Shown: positions 29,146-39,483, counted from the first letter of the stretch. The stretch is DNA of 64,000 nt from an uncultured virus (IMG/VR IMGVR_UViG_3300009034_000021) (IMGVR_UViG_3300009034_000021:1-64000); one strand, 5' to 3'. The notes: generated from the letters alone by a model not told the origin. Numbers and translations are program-made.

Positions 29146-29683
29146 AAAGATGATAGACGGCAGAACTTATTATGCTGGAGATTGGGCGGACGTTGAGAAC
29201 GCATTGGCCCGACAGTGGATCGTCTCAGGACTGGTGGTGGTGGCTAATCTAGAGAAGGCAATGCCAATTGGTGGAGAAGCGGGGATAGTAGTAATAGGGA
29301 ATATAGATAAAGCAAAACAGTTACGAAAATTCTATCCCAAACTAAAGATTACGACCAGCGAATGGTTGGCATTGTCCTATGAGCGAACTTTGATATGGAG
29401 ACCAAACTTTCACTTCAAAACCGAATTATTGGCAACAGGATTTGATTTACTGGAAAGGTGGTCTGTGGCGGCACCTCTCGCCACCGGTGATGACCCTACA
29501 GTTATAACCTACGATACAAACCTAATGTTCATTGACCGCAAACCAGACACATTGAGACTAATTGAGGAAACATTATCGAAAATGGAAAATGAAATGGATG
29601 AACGAACAGCGTTCAATAAAACATTGCGAGAAATTGGAATCACGGCACTGGGGCTGCCTGAGGTCTGGATTCGCGGCCCGTGA
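29123..29683 (+). CDS. Small N-terminal phage domain fused to a degenerate GT-like domain
   Basis: MWVRF..YYAGDW..LARQWI..G; YERTL, YDTNLMF and LPEVW echo the GT8-like paralogs but the DxD is missing. Confidence 0.55.
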   Translation: MWVRFKDKKMIDGRTYYAGDWADVENALARQWIVSGLVVVANLEKAMPIGGEAGIVVIGNIDKAKQLRKFYPKLKITTSEWLALSYERTLIWRPNFHFKTELLATGFDLLERWSVAAPLATGDDPTVITYDTNLMFIDRKPDTLRLIEETLSKMENEMDERTAFNKTLREIGITALGLPEVWIRGP

Positions 29684-29695
29684 AAGGAGAGTAAC

Positions 29696-31144
29696 ATGAC
29701 CGATCTGGTGTTGACACAAGGTGAAGGCGTGCCGGCTTCAATGCGGACAAGATATAAGGATATGGAAGACGGAACACACGCGATCGTGATTTTTGACGGC
29801 AGCGTTGAACTCGCAGGTGGCACTGAAAGTGTGGTCGTCGTCTCTGTGCCGACCGACCCGTTCGGGACTAACGCCGACGATATGGTCGATGCTGGAGACG
29901 CTGGCAGTATCCAGGCCAAATTGCGCCGGCTGACTGCTGATTTAGGAATCGCTACGGTCACACTCGGCGATGTCAAGACCATACTGGAAGTCCTCGGAGA
30001 CGTGACCGAGGATAACGAGATACGAGTGGACATTATCGCGCCTCTACCTGCCGGAGATAACACCTTGGGTGAGATCGGCATAACCGATCTAGACAGTGGG
30101 CATGATTTGTATATCGGTCGCGATGGCTCGGCCCAAGTCGGCTTGAAGGAAACCATATTGGACAAGTGTGAGTCCCTCGCAGGCTGGACGGGCTCAACTG
30201 ACGTAACCAATTTGACACTCAGCACAGATCATAGAGGTTGTGGTGAATATAGCATCCAATTCGATAAATCTGGCACCACGCAGGCGTTCGCGCTGTTGCA
30301 AAAGGTGCCAGACGACCTGTCTGTTGATGCGAGAGGTCATTTGACACACAGTTACATAAACTATTACTTGTATTTGTCGAAGCTGACCGGTATAACAACA
30401 GTGTATTTCGCGCTGGGCACGGATCCGAATAATTATTGGTATTGGCAGACACCGGTGGATGAGTTGCAGGTTGGTTGGAATCATCTACACCATCCACTCA
30501 GTGGCATAGATGGGGTAGAGGGAGACGGGTGTAATCTTTCCAATGTTGAATGGATCGCACTCTACGTTGGGTTTTGGGGACCGAACACTACATTGAGTAA
30601 CATTCGATTGGACGACGTGCGACTGATCCGGACGATGGGTGTCAACGTAAGTGACCCTCACGCCAAGGGATACGCGACTGTGGTCAGGGTATCCGACGAC
30701 GTGCGGCGAATACCAGTCGTACCAGTTATCTCGGCTGGGACTGCCTATGCCAGCGGCGATGCTCTTGGGGGAAAGCTAATGTTCGGCGACGCCGTCCGGC
30801 AAGACATAAAAACAGGCAGGATAACCAAAGTTGTCGTGATAGATAATGCCAAGCAATTAGCACCTCTTGATTTAGTGTTGTTTGATCGAACGTTCACATC
30901 GGCGGCGGATAATGCGCCATTCGATCCAACTGACGCCGACATGCAAAACTGCATAGGGCATCTGAGTGTGGCGGCTGCCGATTATGCCAGTTTCGTGAAT
31001 AATAGTATAGCAACTGTGGATAACATCAGTTTTGGATACACACTGGACGGAACGACACTCTACGGCCAGATGGTAGTTAGAGGAACGCCAACTTATGTGG
31101 CGACGGATGACCTGACGATCATCCTCACAGTAGAACGAGATTAG
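29696..31144 (+). CDS. Virion structural protein with a putative carbohydrate-binding domain
   Basis: Acidic, beta-rich; W..GWN..LDDVRL jelly-roll-like segment; located before the head-tail genes. Confidence 0.55.
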   Translation: MTDLVLTQGEGVPASMRTRYKDMEDGTHAIVIFDGSVELAGGTESVVVVSVPTDPFGTNADDMVDAGDAGSIQAKLRRLTADLGIATVTLGDVKTILEVLGDVTEDNEIRVDIIAPLPAGDNTLGEIGITDLDSGHDLYIGRDGSAQVGLKETILDKCESLAGWTGSTDVTNLTLSTDHRGCGEYSIQFDKSGTTQAFALLQKVPDDLSVDARGHLTHSYINYYLYLSKLTGITTVYFALGTDPNNYWYWQTPVDELQVGWNHLHHPLSGIDGVEGDGCNLSNVEWIALYVGFWGPNTTLSNIRLDDVRLIRTMGVNVSDPHAKGYATVVRVSDDVRRIPVVPVISAGTAYASGDALGGKLMFGDAVRQDIKTGRITKVVVIDNAKQLAPLDLVLFDRTFTSAADNAPFDPTDADMQNCIGHLSVAAADYASFVNNSIATVDNISFGYTLDGTTLYGQMVVRGTPTYVATDDLTIILTVERD

Positions 31145-31148
31145 CCCA

Positions 31149-31847
31149 ATGGCGTATGCAACCTTAGCTCAAGTCAAAGCAGCGATGCAAAAAACGAACA
31201 CAGATGGTGATGTAGTAATAACACGGATACTCGACGCTGCAACGCGGTCAATTGACCGATTCTGCAATCGGCTTGATGATGGATTTATAGCGGATTTGAC
31301 GGCAAGCGCAAGATACTACAGCGGCGATGGACGGTCGTTTTTACTGATTGACGAGTGCGTAGCGATCACGGAAGTAGCCGTGAAGGACTCAGCAAGTGAC
31401 ACAGATTACACCGCCTGGACCACACCGACTACAATGATGGCCGGTGACGGGGACTGGTTGCCTTTCAGTGGCGATCCTAAAGCGCCGAACTTTAACGATC
31501 TGCCTTACGATTCGCTGATGATAGACCCCAACGGGGACTATGCCACTTTCACGAGTGGTTTATACGCTGGCCGGCGGGGATTCAGGCCAACGCAAAGCTA
31601 CGGGCGCAGTGTGCCGACGGTGAGGACCACCGCAAGATGGGGATTTAGCATAGCCGTACCAGACGACATCCAGGAAGCGTGCATCATGCAGAGTATAATC
31701 TGGTACAAAAGGCAACAAGGTGCCATGGCGAGCGCATTGGCAAGTCCAGAGTTGGGGGTGATTGAGTTATATAGAACACTTGACCCGGCGGTAGAGTTGA
31801 TTTTACGAATGGGACGATATATCAAGCCGGCGACGGGACGGAGATAA
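31149..31847 (+). CDS. Head-tail connector (gp6/gp15-like)
   Basis: MAYATLAQVK, IDRFCNR, WG...VPDDIQEAC. Confidence 0.8.
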   Translation: MAYATLAQVKAAMQKTNTDGDVVITRILDAATRSIDRFCNRLDDGFIADLTASARYYSGDGRSFLLIDECVAITEVAVKDSASDTDYTAWTTPTTMMAGDGDWLPFSGDPKAPNFNDLPYDSLMIDPNGDYATFTSGLYAGRRGFRPTQSYGRSVPTVRTTARWGFSIAVPDDIQEACIMQSIIWYKRQQGAMASALASPELGVIELYRTLDPAVELILRMGRYIKPATGRR

Positions 31848-32321
31848 ATGGCTGATGTAGAGGGACTAAAAGAAGTACAAATCAAGATGGAACAAGTCGC
31901 CAGGGACATACAGGGAAATATCTTCCGTGGGGGCATGGCAAAGGCGACTTTGCTGGTACAACGCGATGCTAAGAGAAATGCGCCGGTGGACCGCGGGCCG
32001 CTGCGGGCCTCAATCACGCCAGAGATAATATCAGGACCAACTGTGGTACAGGGGATCGTGGGAAGCAATTTGAAATATGCGCCGTATCAGGAATTAGGCA
32101 CGAGACCATTTTGGCCACCCTGGCGTCCGATATATGAGTGGGCATTGCGGAAAGTGAGAGGAAACAGACAAGCAGCCGGGGCACTAGCGCACCGGGCACG
32201 AATCAGCATTGCCACACGAGGAATTCAAGCAAAGCGGTTCCTGCAGCGGGCATTAGAAGACAATGCAGAAAAGGTTTATCAAATTTTGGGCGATGTGGTA
32301 GGAAAGATCGTAGAGAAATAA
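31848..32321 (+). CDS. HK97 gp10-like tail completion protein
   Basis: APVDRGPLRASI, YAPYQELGT, FLQRAL. Confidence 0.85.
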   Translation: MADVEGLKEVQIKMEQVARDIQGNIFRGGMAKATLLVQRDAKRNAPVDRGPLRASITPEIISGPTVVQGIVGSNLKYAPYQELGTRPFWPPWRPIYEWALRKVRGNRQAAGALAHRARISIATRGIQAKRFLQRALEDNAEKVYQILGDVVGKIVEK

Positions 32322-32322
32322 C

Positions 32323-32787
32323 ATGGCAATCGTAACAGTCGGTACAATCTGTGATGCAGTAGCAGCCACGCTCTCGACGACGACAGGGCTAGAGCGAACG
32401 CAAAGCTACGATCAACTGACAGAGGGAATGAACACGCTGCCGACGCTACAGGTTTATCCTGAGCGATGGGAAGTTGACACGGCGACTGAGACGGACCGGA
32501 CGACGTTCATAGACATAACGACGGGTATACCGGGAGTGCGACAGACAGAATTGGTGTTGCATCTCGATCTATATGTCAGGCAACGATCACAGTTGGAAGA
32601 AGATTGGGGCGAGGCAGTAGACCTGGCAAGTAGATTGGGCGACAAGTTGGATGAGGAAGGACCCTGCCCACATCTAGGAAATGCAGCAATCCGGTCATTT
32701 CATTGGGTGGCACAGAGGGTAGTGTTCGCATACGCCCAGACAGAGTACACGGGGTTTCGGTTCACGTTAACCCTGCGAATATTCTAA
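32323..32787 (+). CDS. Putative tail terminator/minor tail protein
   Basis: Synteny between the gp10-like and tail tube genes. Confidence 0.6.
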   Translation: MAIVTVGTICDAVAATLSTTTGLERTQSYDQLTEGMNTLPTLQVYPERWEVDTATETDRTTFIDITTGIPGVRQTELVLHLDLYVRQRSQLEEDWGEAVDLASRLGDKLDEEGPCPHLGNAAIRSFHWVAQRVVFAYAQTEYTGFRFTLTLRIF

Positions 32788-32799
32788 GGAGGTTGAAGA

Positions 32800-33141
32800 A
32801 TGATTTACAGAGTACTGAAGGCCCTAGACACAGGCCATGAACCAGGCGACGTCGTTCCAGGCGATCTCTTCTATTCAGATCAGATCAGGCAAATTCTAAT
32901 GAATAAGAAAGCTATCGCGCCTGTCAGTGCGCCACCGATGGAGGAACTCCCTGGCTGGAGCTTGCGGGCTGAACGATTTGGCAGGGTAAACATAGACACT
33001 ATCAAATTCCTTGAAATGGATGATCAGTCATTAGCCGAAGCGATTGGAAGCAAACCTCGCGTGGTCGCTAAATGGCGCGAGGAGTTAAAGGGTTGGCTTG
33101 GGATCGATAGTCAAGTTAAACCGTGTAATGGATGCAGATAA
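32800..33141 (+). CDS. Phage morphogenesis protein (small N-terminal domain + HhH-like segment)
   Basis: MIYRVLK..HEPGDVV; LPGW; strong SD. Confidence 0.5.
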   Translation: MIYRVLKALDTGHEPGDVVPGDLFYSDQIRQILMNKKAIAPVSAPPMEELPGWSLRAERFGRVNIDTIKFLEMDDQSLAEAIGSKPRVVAKWREELKGWLGIDSQVKPCNGCR

Positions 33142-33153
33142 GGAGGGCAGAAA

Positions 33154-33618
33154 ATGCCACAAACAACGGGCAGCGTACCATTAGCATGTGGACTGCTGGA
33201 GGTATCTAGCGGTGCTTGCACGTCATGGACGGACATCGGCGGATCGAGTAGCGTTCTGGGCCCACCATCTCAGACGCGGATGAGCGGTGAGGCGTACACG
33301 TTCGACGGTGACATCGCGATCATCCAGGGCGGAAAGAAAGAACCGCTCGAATTGGTATTCAGCATCGTCTATACTGAGACGGCTGGTGAGGCGTTTGAAT
33401 ACGTGCGGGCACTGTTTGATGCCGTAGGGTGTGGGGCACACATGTGCGTCCGGTGGTCACCGGACGGTGGCGATGTAGGCGACTTTCGATTCAGCACGAA
33501 TCTGGGCATATTAACGAGTTTCACCTACCCGCCGATGGATGCAGGCGCGGGCGGGCCGATCATGGCCGGATTCACGCTGAAAGTGGCCGAGATCGTGATA
33601 ACGACTATCACATCATAG
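33154..33618 (+). CDS. Major tail (tube) protein
   Basis: WTDIGG, VRWSP.G; 154 aa; upstream of the tail chaperones. Confidence 0.7.
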   Translation: MPQTTGSVPLACGLLEVSSGACTSWTDIGGSSSVLGPPSQTRMSGEAYTFDGDIAIIQGGKKEPLELVFSIVYTETAGEAFEYVRALFDAVGCGAHMCVRWSPDGGDVGDFRFSTNLGILTSFTYPPMDAGAGGPIMAGFTLKVAEIVITTITS

Positions 33619-33632
33619 TAAAGGAAAAAAGT

Positions 33633-34207
33633 ATGCCAGAACGCAAAGCCGGGCGGCGAGTGCCGACGCCGGACACTCAAGGGCCAAACTCGTGGATTCT
33701 GTTGCGATCAATGACGGTGGGCGAAGTGATCGGATTGCAAAAGGAACGTGAGCAAACGCTGGCCAAAGAAAAGTGGTGGCAGCGGTTGTTCAATCGGTTC
33801 AAGAGACGAGAGACTAGATCGCAATCTGAAATCTATCAGGCGTTCACTCGCCGTGTGATAGGATATGTCGCCGATTGGAATTGGGTAGATGACACTGGGC
33901 AATCGTTGCCCAATCCGCGAGAGCATCCTGAAGTCGTGGAACTGCTGACGGATACTGAGCTAAACGAATTACTTGGTATCATCTATGGCGGCGGCGAAAC
34001 CGACGACGTAAAAAACTGAGAGAGCGGCTGGCCGTTTACCTGCATGTGGGAACCGGTCAGCCGCCGTGGGAATACGTGGTATTGAGGTTATGTCGGGACA
34101 TATACCACTGCCGGCCATCAGAGTTATATGAAGAAAACTGGGCAGAGGTGCTGACTCATTTGGCGTGTCTGGATATTGAGGCGCAAGCGCGACAATTTCC
34201 AAGGTAG
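33633..34207 (+). CDS. Tail assembly chaperones G/GT (G ends at 34019; a -1 frameshift extends to 34207)
   Basis: ADWNWVDD motif. Slippery A AAA AAC at 34010-34016 before the TGA. The -1 frame encodes ..LCRDIYHCRPSEL.. Confidence 0.8.
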
Positions 34208-34210
34208 AAT

Positions 34211-36859
34211 ATGGCTAAACGGTATTTAGTCGAAGTCGTGATCGGTGCTAAGGACAAATTATCGTCCGTGCTGGAAAGCGCGCGCAAAGGCGCGCTAGAA
34301 CGCTTTGGGCACAAGATAACCGACTTGGTTCAACAATTGCCACAGATGGCAGTTGAAATGGTCAAACTCGGCGCTGCTGTGGAACGGCAACAAGGCGCGC
34401 TTGATAGTCTGGCTGCGTCGGTTGGAACGTCAGGCTCGGCGATAGTCAGTGCGATTCAAAACGCGAGTAGTTTCACCATAGATCGCATGACGGCGATGGG
34501 TGCGGCGAGTAAGGCAATGATGCTGGACGTTGCGAAATCGCCGGAAGAGTTTGAGCGGCTGACAAAGGTCGCAGTGCGACTGGGTCAGGCGATGGGCCTG
34601 AACGCAGCGCGGTCAATAGATGACTTTGTGACAGCCGCCGGTCGCCAGAGCGTCATGATCGCTGACAACCTAGGTCTGACAGTCAAAGCCGGAGAAGCCT
34701 ACGATACATATGCGCTAAAACTAGGCAAGACAGCCGAGGCATTGACCGCAGCAGAGAAAAAACAGGCGTTCCTGACCGCTATGTTGGATGCAGGCGAAAT
34801 CAAGACGGCAGCTATGGGTAAGGCGACGGATAGCCTGGCGATGGATATTGAGAGGCTGGAGGCGAAATTCAAGGACGCCAAAGTTGCCTTGGGACTGTGG
34901 ATGGCAGAGATAGCCATAGCCATCGTTCGCATGAACGAACTAGCTCCACTGACCGAAGAACTCCACGAGCAAATAATTGGAACCAGCGATTCATACGCCG
35001 AATATCGGAGGCAGATGGCGGAAACCAATGTACATCTTGAGAAAATGAACCGTGGCACTGAGACCTTTAGTGATTTGTTGCCTGGGACTATAGAGAAAAT
35101 TGAAGAGGAATCTGAAGCTCTAACCGAATTAGAGTTCGTGACACGTAAGCAAAACGAGATAACCCAGGATACGATCCGGGTGATGGAGGAAATGCGAGCC
35201 GGGACCTGGAGACAAATGCAGGCACTGGAGGATGCAAAGACGGCGACGTATGAACTAACGGTGCCGCTGGAAGAGCTGCTGCAAATATCGCCGACCCTGG
35301 CTCAGGCCATGGATATGGTGGGCGAGGCTGCGGAACATGAGCGTGGTGAGATGACACAGTTAGCGAGGGAGACGGAAGCAGCGGCACTGGCACAGGTAAA
35401 TCTGGCAGAGAAGATGACCGACGTAACGGCCACGGAAGTTGCCAAAATTGCCATAGGCGAACTGCGCGAGGCGAGGGACGCAGACAGAATATCGACTGAC
35501 GAGTATGTGGCAGCGGTGACGCGAATACAACTAGCCTATGGACTCGCGACCGAGGAGGGCATCAGATTAGCCGGCAGCTTGAGCAGAATAACTGAGGAAT
35601 TCGCCGAAGGGACATTAGGTGAATACGCGTTTGATGCATCGTTACAAGCGATCATGGCCGACCTGCCACCGACGACCGCTGAGTTAGACGAAATGGCGAG
35701 GGCGGAGGACGAAGCGGCGAGGGAAGCCAATCGATTAGCAGAAGAAGCCTATAACGCAGCGGCGGCCACAGGTGATGAATTCGCAGCTATGGTGGGTGAT
35801 GCCACGGCAGAGACCGACATATTCGCATTGGCACTGTTTGAATCGGCCGATGCAGCAGGAGCAGATGCTGAAATGCTAGCAAGCCTAGCAGGGACATTAG
35901 GTATCTACACTGATACTGAGATAGAAGCAGCATTGGCGACAATGGCCCTCCAAAATGCCATCGCAGCGTTGGGCGACGCGATAGTTGCTGGCGAGATGAC
36001 GATGGAAGAAGCAATAGCCGGCATGAGAGAATTGATAGACACAATGCCCCAGGGCGCGGCTGCCTTTGAGCATACCGCTGGGGCAGTGCATCACGGCTCA
36101 CAGGTAGATAGAGAAGCAGCCAAGGCCAAACGTGAGATGGAAAAAGCAATGCGTGACGCGGCCAGGGCAGCCGAGGCTGAGGCCAGAGAATTGGAGCGGC
36201 TGGCAGCGTTGACGGGTGACTACCTCGTCAAGGCATTAGGAGATGCAGAAGAAGGCACAGACAAATGGAGTCTGGCATTATTTGAGGCGGCGGACGCGAT
36301 AGGCATGGAAGCTGAACAGCTTGCGTTATTGGCCGGCGCCTTAGACCTGTACACAGAAGAACAGGTGGAGGCAGCCTTAGCAGCAGCAGCCCTCGAGGTC
36401 AGAATAGACGAACTGGCAACTCTAATGGCCGAGGGAATGGGCATAGATGAAGCGATAGAGAAATTCAATGAATTTCGTGAGACGCTGGGTTTGTTTGAAG
36501 CAGAAGCAGCATTGGACATAGCTGGAATCACGGCGGAGATCGCCGCCCTAACCACCCAGTACAATACCCTGTTGGCTGGCGGAGCTGCCCCCGGTACACT
36601 GGCTGCGTTGATGGCACAAATTGCAGCATTACAAGCAATGATTACACCGGCGCAGTTCGGATTCAGCGGTATGGTAGGGCCAGGATTCGGAGGGGCGCGA
36701 ATGTTTCTGGCAGGTGAGAGAGGGCCAGAATTTGTGCAGATAATGCCAACTGGAGGTGGGCGGGCGACGCACAACAATTTCAACATGACCGTGAACACGC
36801 GGGCAACGACCGCGAGCGTGAGAAGGGACTTTGAGACGATGCGGGCGTTGGTAGGATGA
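34211..36859 (+). CDS. Tape measure protein
   Basis: Ala/Glu-rich helical 882 aa; IADNLG; C-terminal AGERGPEFV; follows the chaperones. Confidence 0.88.
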   Translation: MAKRYLVEVVIGAKDKLSSVLESARKGALERFGHKITDLVQQLPQMAVEMVKLGAAVERQQGALDSLAASVGTSGSAIVSAIQNASSFTIDRMTAMGAASKAMMLDVAKSPEEFERLTKVAVRLGQAMGLNAARSIDDFVTAAGRQSVMIADNLGLTVKAGEAYDTYALKLGKTAEALTAAEKKQAFLTAMLDAGEIKTAAMGKATDSLAMDIERLEAKFKDAKVALGLWMAEIAIAIVRMNELAPLTEELHEQIIGTSDSYAEYRRQMAETNVHLEKMNRGTETFSDLLPGTIEKIEEESEALTELEFVTRKQNEITQDTIRVMEEMRAGTWRQMQALEDAKTATYELTVPLEELLQISPTLAQAMDMVGEAAEHERGEMTQLARETEAAALAQVNLAEKMTDVTATEVAKIAIGELREARDADRISTDEYVAAVTRIQLAYGLATEEGIRLAGSLSRITEEFAEGTLGEYAFDASLQAIMADLPPTTAELDEMARAEDEAAREANRLAEEAYNAAAATGDEFAAMVGDATAETDIFALALFESADAAGADAEMLASLAGTLGIYTDTEIEAALATMALQNAIAALGDAIVAGEMTMEEAIAGMRELIDTMPQGAAAFEHTAGAVHHGSQVDREAAKAKREMEKAMRDAARAAEAEARELERLAALTGDYLVKALGDAEEGTDKWSLALFEAADAIGMEAEQLALLAGALDLYTEEQVEAALAAAALEVRIDELATLMAEGMGIDEAIEKFNEFRETLGLFEAEAALDIAGITAEIAALTTQYNTLLAGGAAPGTLAALMAQIAALQAMITPAQFGFSGMVGPGFGGARMFLAGERGPEFVQIMPTGGGRATHNNFNMTVNTRATTASVRRDFETMRALVG

Positions 36860-36930
36860 CAAATTTCCTCAATTTCCTTTCTTCCTCTGTTATGCTATAA
36901 TAGATAAAATACTGAAAGGAGATAAAGGAA

Positions 36931-39483
36931 ATGAAAACACGAAAAGTTTTGATGATCGTCGTTTTGCTGCTGACGGTGACAGGGTTGGCAGCAGGACAAA
37001 GCACGGACAGTATAAGCGAATGGCGAACCTATCTCCCGTTCGTAGCGAGGGAAAGAAGTATGAGTGATTGGAAAATCATAGTCCCAGAAGGGGCACAAAA
37101 CTACGTAGAGAATCCGAGTGGTGAGACCACAGGTAACTTTACCCAGTTGCCCGGAACTGTGGTAGCGAGGTCAACTACGTACAGTTTCTTCGGTCTGTAT
37201 TCATATCGAGTGCAATGCAATGCGAATAACGAGGGCATTTCTCTCACATTGTCGGCATTGCCCAACGATATTGCCTATGTGACCATGCGCGTTCGTGGCA
37301 CATTGCCCGCAGCCTGGGACTGGAGTTTGGACAATGCTACGTATCGGACGCCGACGCTAATTGAGAGCATTGACGCTGATTGGGATCTGTACGGCGTGGC
37401 GTTTCCAGCGATAGAGGCGGTTGGCTCCGTAGCATTGTATATCCGGCAGAACGGCGCGGGGAGTGGTGACTTTTATGTCGATGCTATCCAGGTCGAGTCA
37501 GGAAACGCATACTGGACGACGTATGTTGATGGCGATCAGGATGGCTGCGAATGGTTAGGCGCAGAACATGCTAGCGCAAGCCAACGTTCGGCACAGAGTA
37601 GGGCCGGTGGACGGGTGCGGGATTTGCAGGATGATTATGGTTTTCAAATTGGCTACATGATTGATACTGGCTTGCCACCGATCAATCTGGCGGTTGACTC
37701 CTATGCACTTTTGCCTGGCGGCGAACTAAACGCTATCAAAGTACAAAGCCGCACCTTCACTCTGACCGGCATCCTGCAAGGATCGAGTGTGGCGAACTTA
37801 CACGCCAATCGTCAAGCACTTTTAGACGTACTCAAGCCCGGCGCGGTACCAGGCGATCAGCCAGTGCGCTTCCGTTATACCGGCGCGGCGGTACAAAAGC
37901 AAATAGCGGCGCATTACGAAGGCGGGCTAGAGACCTCCATTGACGCACGGCTAATGTGCTGGGAAAGATTGGCGATTCGGTTCTTGGCGGACGATCCGTT
38001 CTGGTATGAGATCGGCGAATCGGCAATAGAACTTGACGTTCAAGATGCCATAGCCAATACAGATTATCTCCTAGGCCGCAGAAATGGCGCATGGTCTAAT
38101 CTAGGAGCAGTCGGCGGTGGCACTGTCTATGCACTAGCCTGGGGGCCGGATAAGAACCTATATATTGGCGGAAGTTTTACAGCGGTTGGTGCCTGGGGAA
38201 GCAGAATTGTTGGCTGGAATCCTCGAACCGGAGCATGGTTTACGTTGAACAGCGGGGCGACGGGCGGCACTGTATACGCATTGGCTTTCTTGCCTGATGG
38301 CACGCTGGTAGCTGGCGGTTCATTTGCTGCGATGGATAATGGCGCAGGGGCAGTGCCGAACACAGATGGCATCGCAGCCTGGGACGGCACGAACTGGAGT
38401 GCGATGGGTACCGGTACTGATGGCGGCGGTACGGTTCATGCGCTGGCCGTCGAACCGACAGGCGATCTCCTGGCTGGCGGCGATTTTCCAACGATGTCTG
38501 GCGTGGCTAACACGATACGCGTCGCCCGGTGGAATGGAGCAGTCTGGGCACCATTGGCAACCGGAGTAGACAATACTGTACGGACTATCGCTGTCCGCAA
38601 TTTTGATGGGATGATCTATATCGGCGGTGACTTTAATGTGACGGCCAGTTATATCGCGTACTGGGACACCGTAGGTCTGGCATGGACTACATTGGGCAGC
38701 AGCGGCGCGAACAATACAGTGATGGCGCTGGAAGTTGATCAGGCAACCGGCGATCTCTATGTCGGCGGTGGTTTCACCACATTAGACGGCGTGGCGAATC
38801 TCAGAATTGCTAGATGGAACGAAACAGCCTACGAACAACTTGGCGCAAATGGATTAGAAGCAAATGTGCGGGCACTGAAGATGGCACCTGATGGTTTGCT
38901 GTACATCGGCGGCGAATTCCGAGACGCAGGTGATATGGTAGCGTGCGACTCGTGGGTCAAGTGGAATAGTAGTAGTTGGGCACCGTTAGATGTATACCGG
39001 GCTGCGTGGCCATTGATTTGTTATGCCATCGAGATTTGCGAACAGGATCCGGTAGTCTCCCAAAATTATGATGTATACCTGGGCTTTGATGTGGGTGGCG
39101 TGGTCACGACCGAACATGCTGGAGATGTAACGGCAACGAACGACGGCACACAGAGCGCATTTCCACGCCTCGTAGTCGAACGAGATGGCGTGGCTGGCGC
39201 CAGACTGATTTCGTTGCGAAATGAACGGGCAGGTACAGAATTGCTGTTTGATTACGCACTCAAGGACGGCGAAAAGCTAACCGTCGATCTGACACCAAGC
39301 GCAAAGTCTATTGAGTCTAATTTCTACGGCGCATTTATGAGCATGATTCTGCCTGACTCAGACTTTGGTCAGTTTGCACTTCTGCCAGGAACTAACGTGA
39401 TCAGTTGTTTTGCACTACAGACGGCCGGTACATCCACGACAGGATTTCTGATCTGGAAAGATACCTTTTGGTCAAGTGACTAA
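36931..39483 (+). CDS. Distal tail (Dit-like) protein with a beta-propeller insertion; virion form probably starts at ATG 37060
   Basis: RFLADDPFWY, repeated VYALA..LYIGG.F..W blades, C-terminal LLPGTNVI. The upstream in-frame 43 aa look like a signal peptide. Confidence 0.75.
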   Translation: MKTRKVLMIVVLLLTVTGLAAGQSTDSISEWRTYLPFVARERSMSDWKIIVPEGAQNYVENPSGETTGNFTQLPGTVVARSTTYSFFGLYSYRVQCNANNEGISLTLSALPNDIAYVTMRVRGTLPAAWDWSLDNATYRTPTLIESIDADWDLYGVAFPAIEAVGSVALYIRQNGAGSGDFYVDAIQVESGNAYWTTYVDGDQDGCEWLGAEHASASQRSAQSRAGGRVRDLQDDYGFQIGYMIDTGLPPINLAVDSYALLPGGELNAIKVQSRTFTLTGILQGSSVANLHANRQALLDVLKPGAVPGDQPVRFRYTGAAVQKQIAAHYEGGLETSIDARLMCWERLAIRFLADDPFWYEIGESAIELDVQDAIANTDYLLGRRNGAWSNLGAVGGGTVYALAWGPDKNLYIGGSFTAVGAWGSRIVGWNPRTGAWFTLNSGATGGTVYALAFLPDGTLVAGGSFAAMDNGAGAVPNTDGIAAWDGTNWSAMGTGTDGGGTVHALAVEPTGDLLAGGDFPTMSGVANTIRVARWNGAVWAPLATGVDNTVRTIAVRNFDGMIYIGGDFNVTASYIAYWDTVGLAWTTLGSSGANNTVMALEVDQATGDLYVGGGFTTLDGVANLRIARWNETAYEQLGANGLEANVRALKMAPDGLLYIGGEFRDAGDMVACDSWVKWNSSSWAPLDVYRAAWPLICYAIEICEQDPVVSQNYDVYLGFDVGGVVTTEHAGDVTATNDGTQSAFPRLVVERDGVAGARLISLRNERAGTELLFDYALKDGEKLTVDLTPSAKSIESNFYGAFMSMILPDSDFGQFALLPGTNVISCFALQTAGTSTTGFLIWKDTFWSSD

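Noticed and set aside
33429..33632. Long N-terminal extension of the tail chaperone ORF
   Set aside because: It overlaps the tail tube gene; SD + ATG at 33633 is the plausible start.
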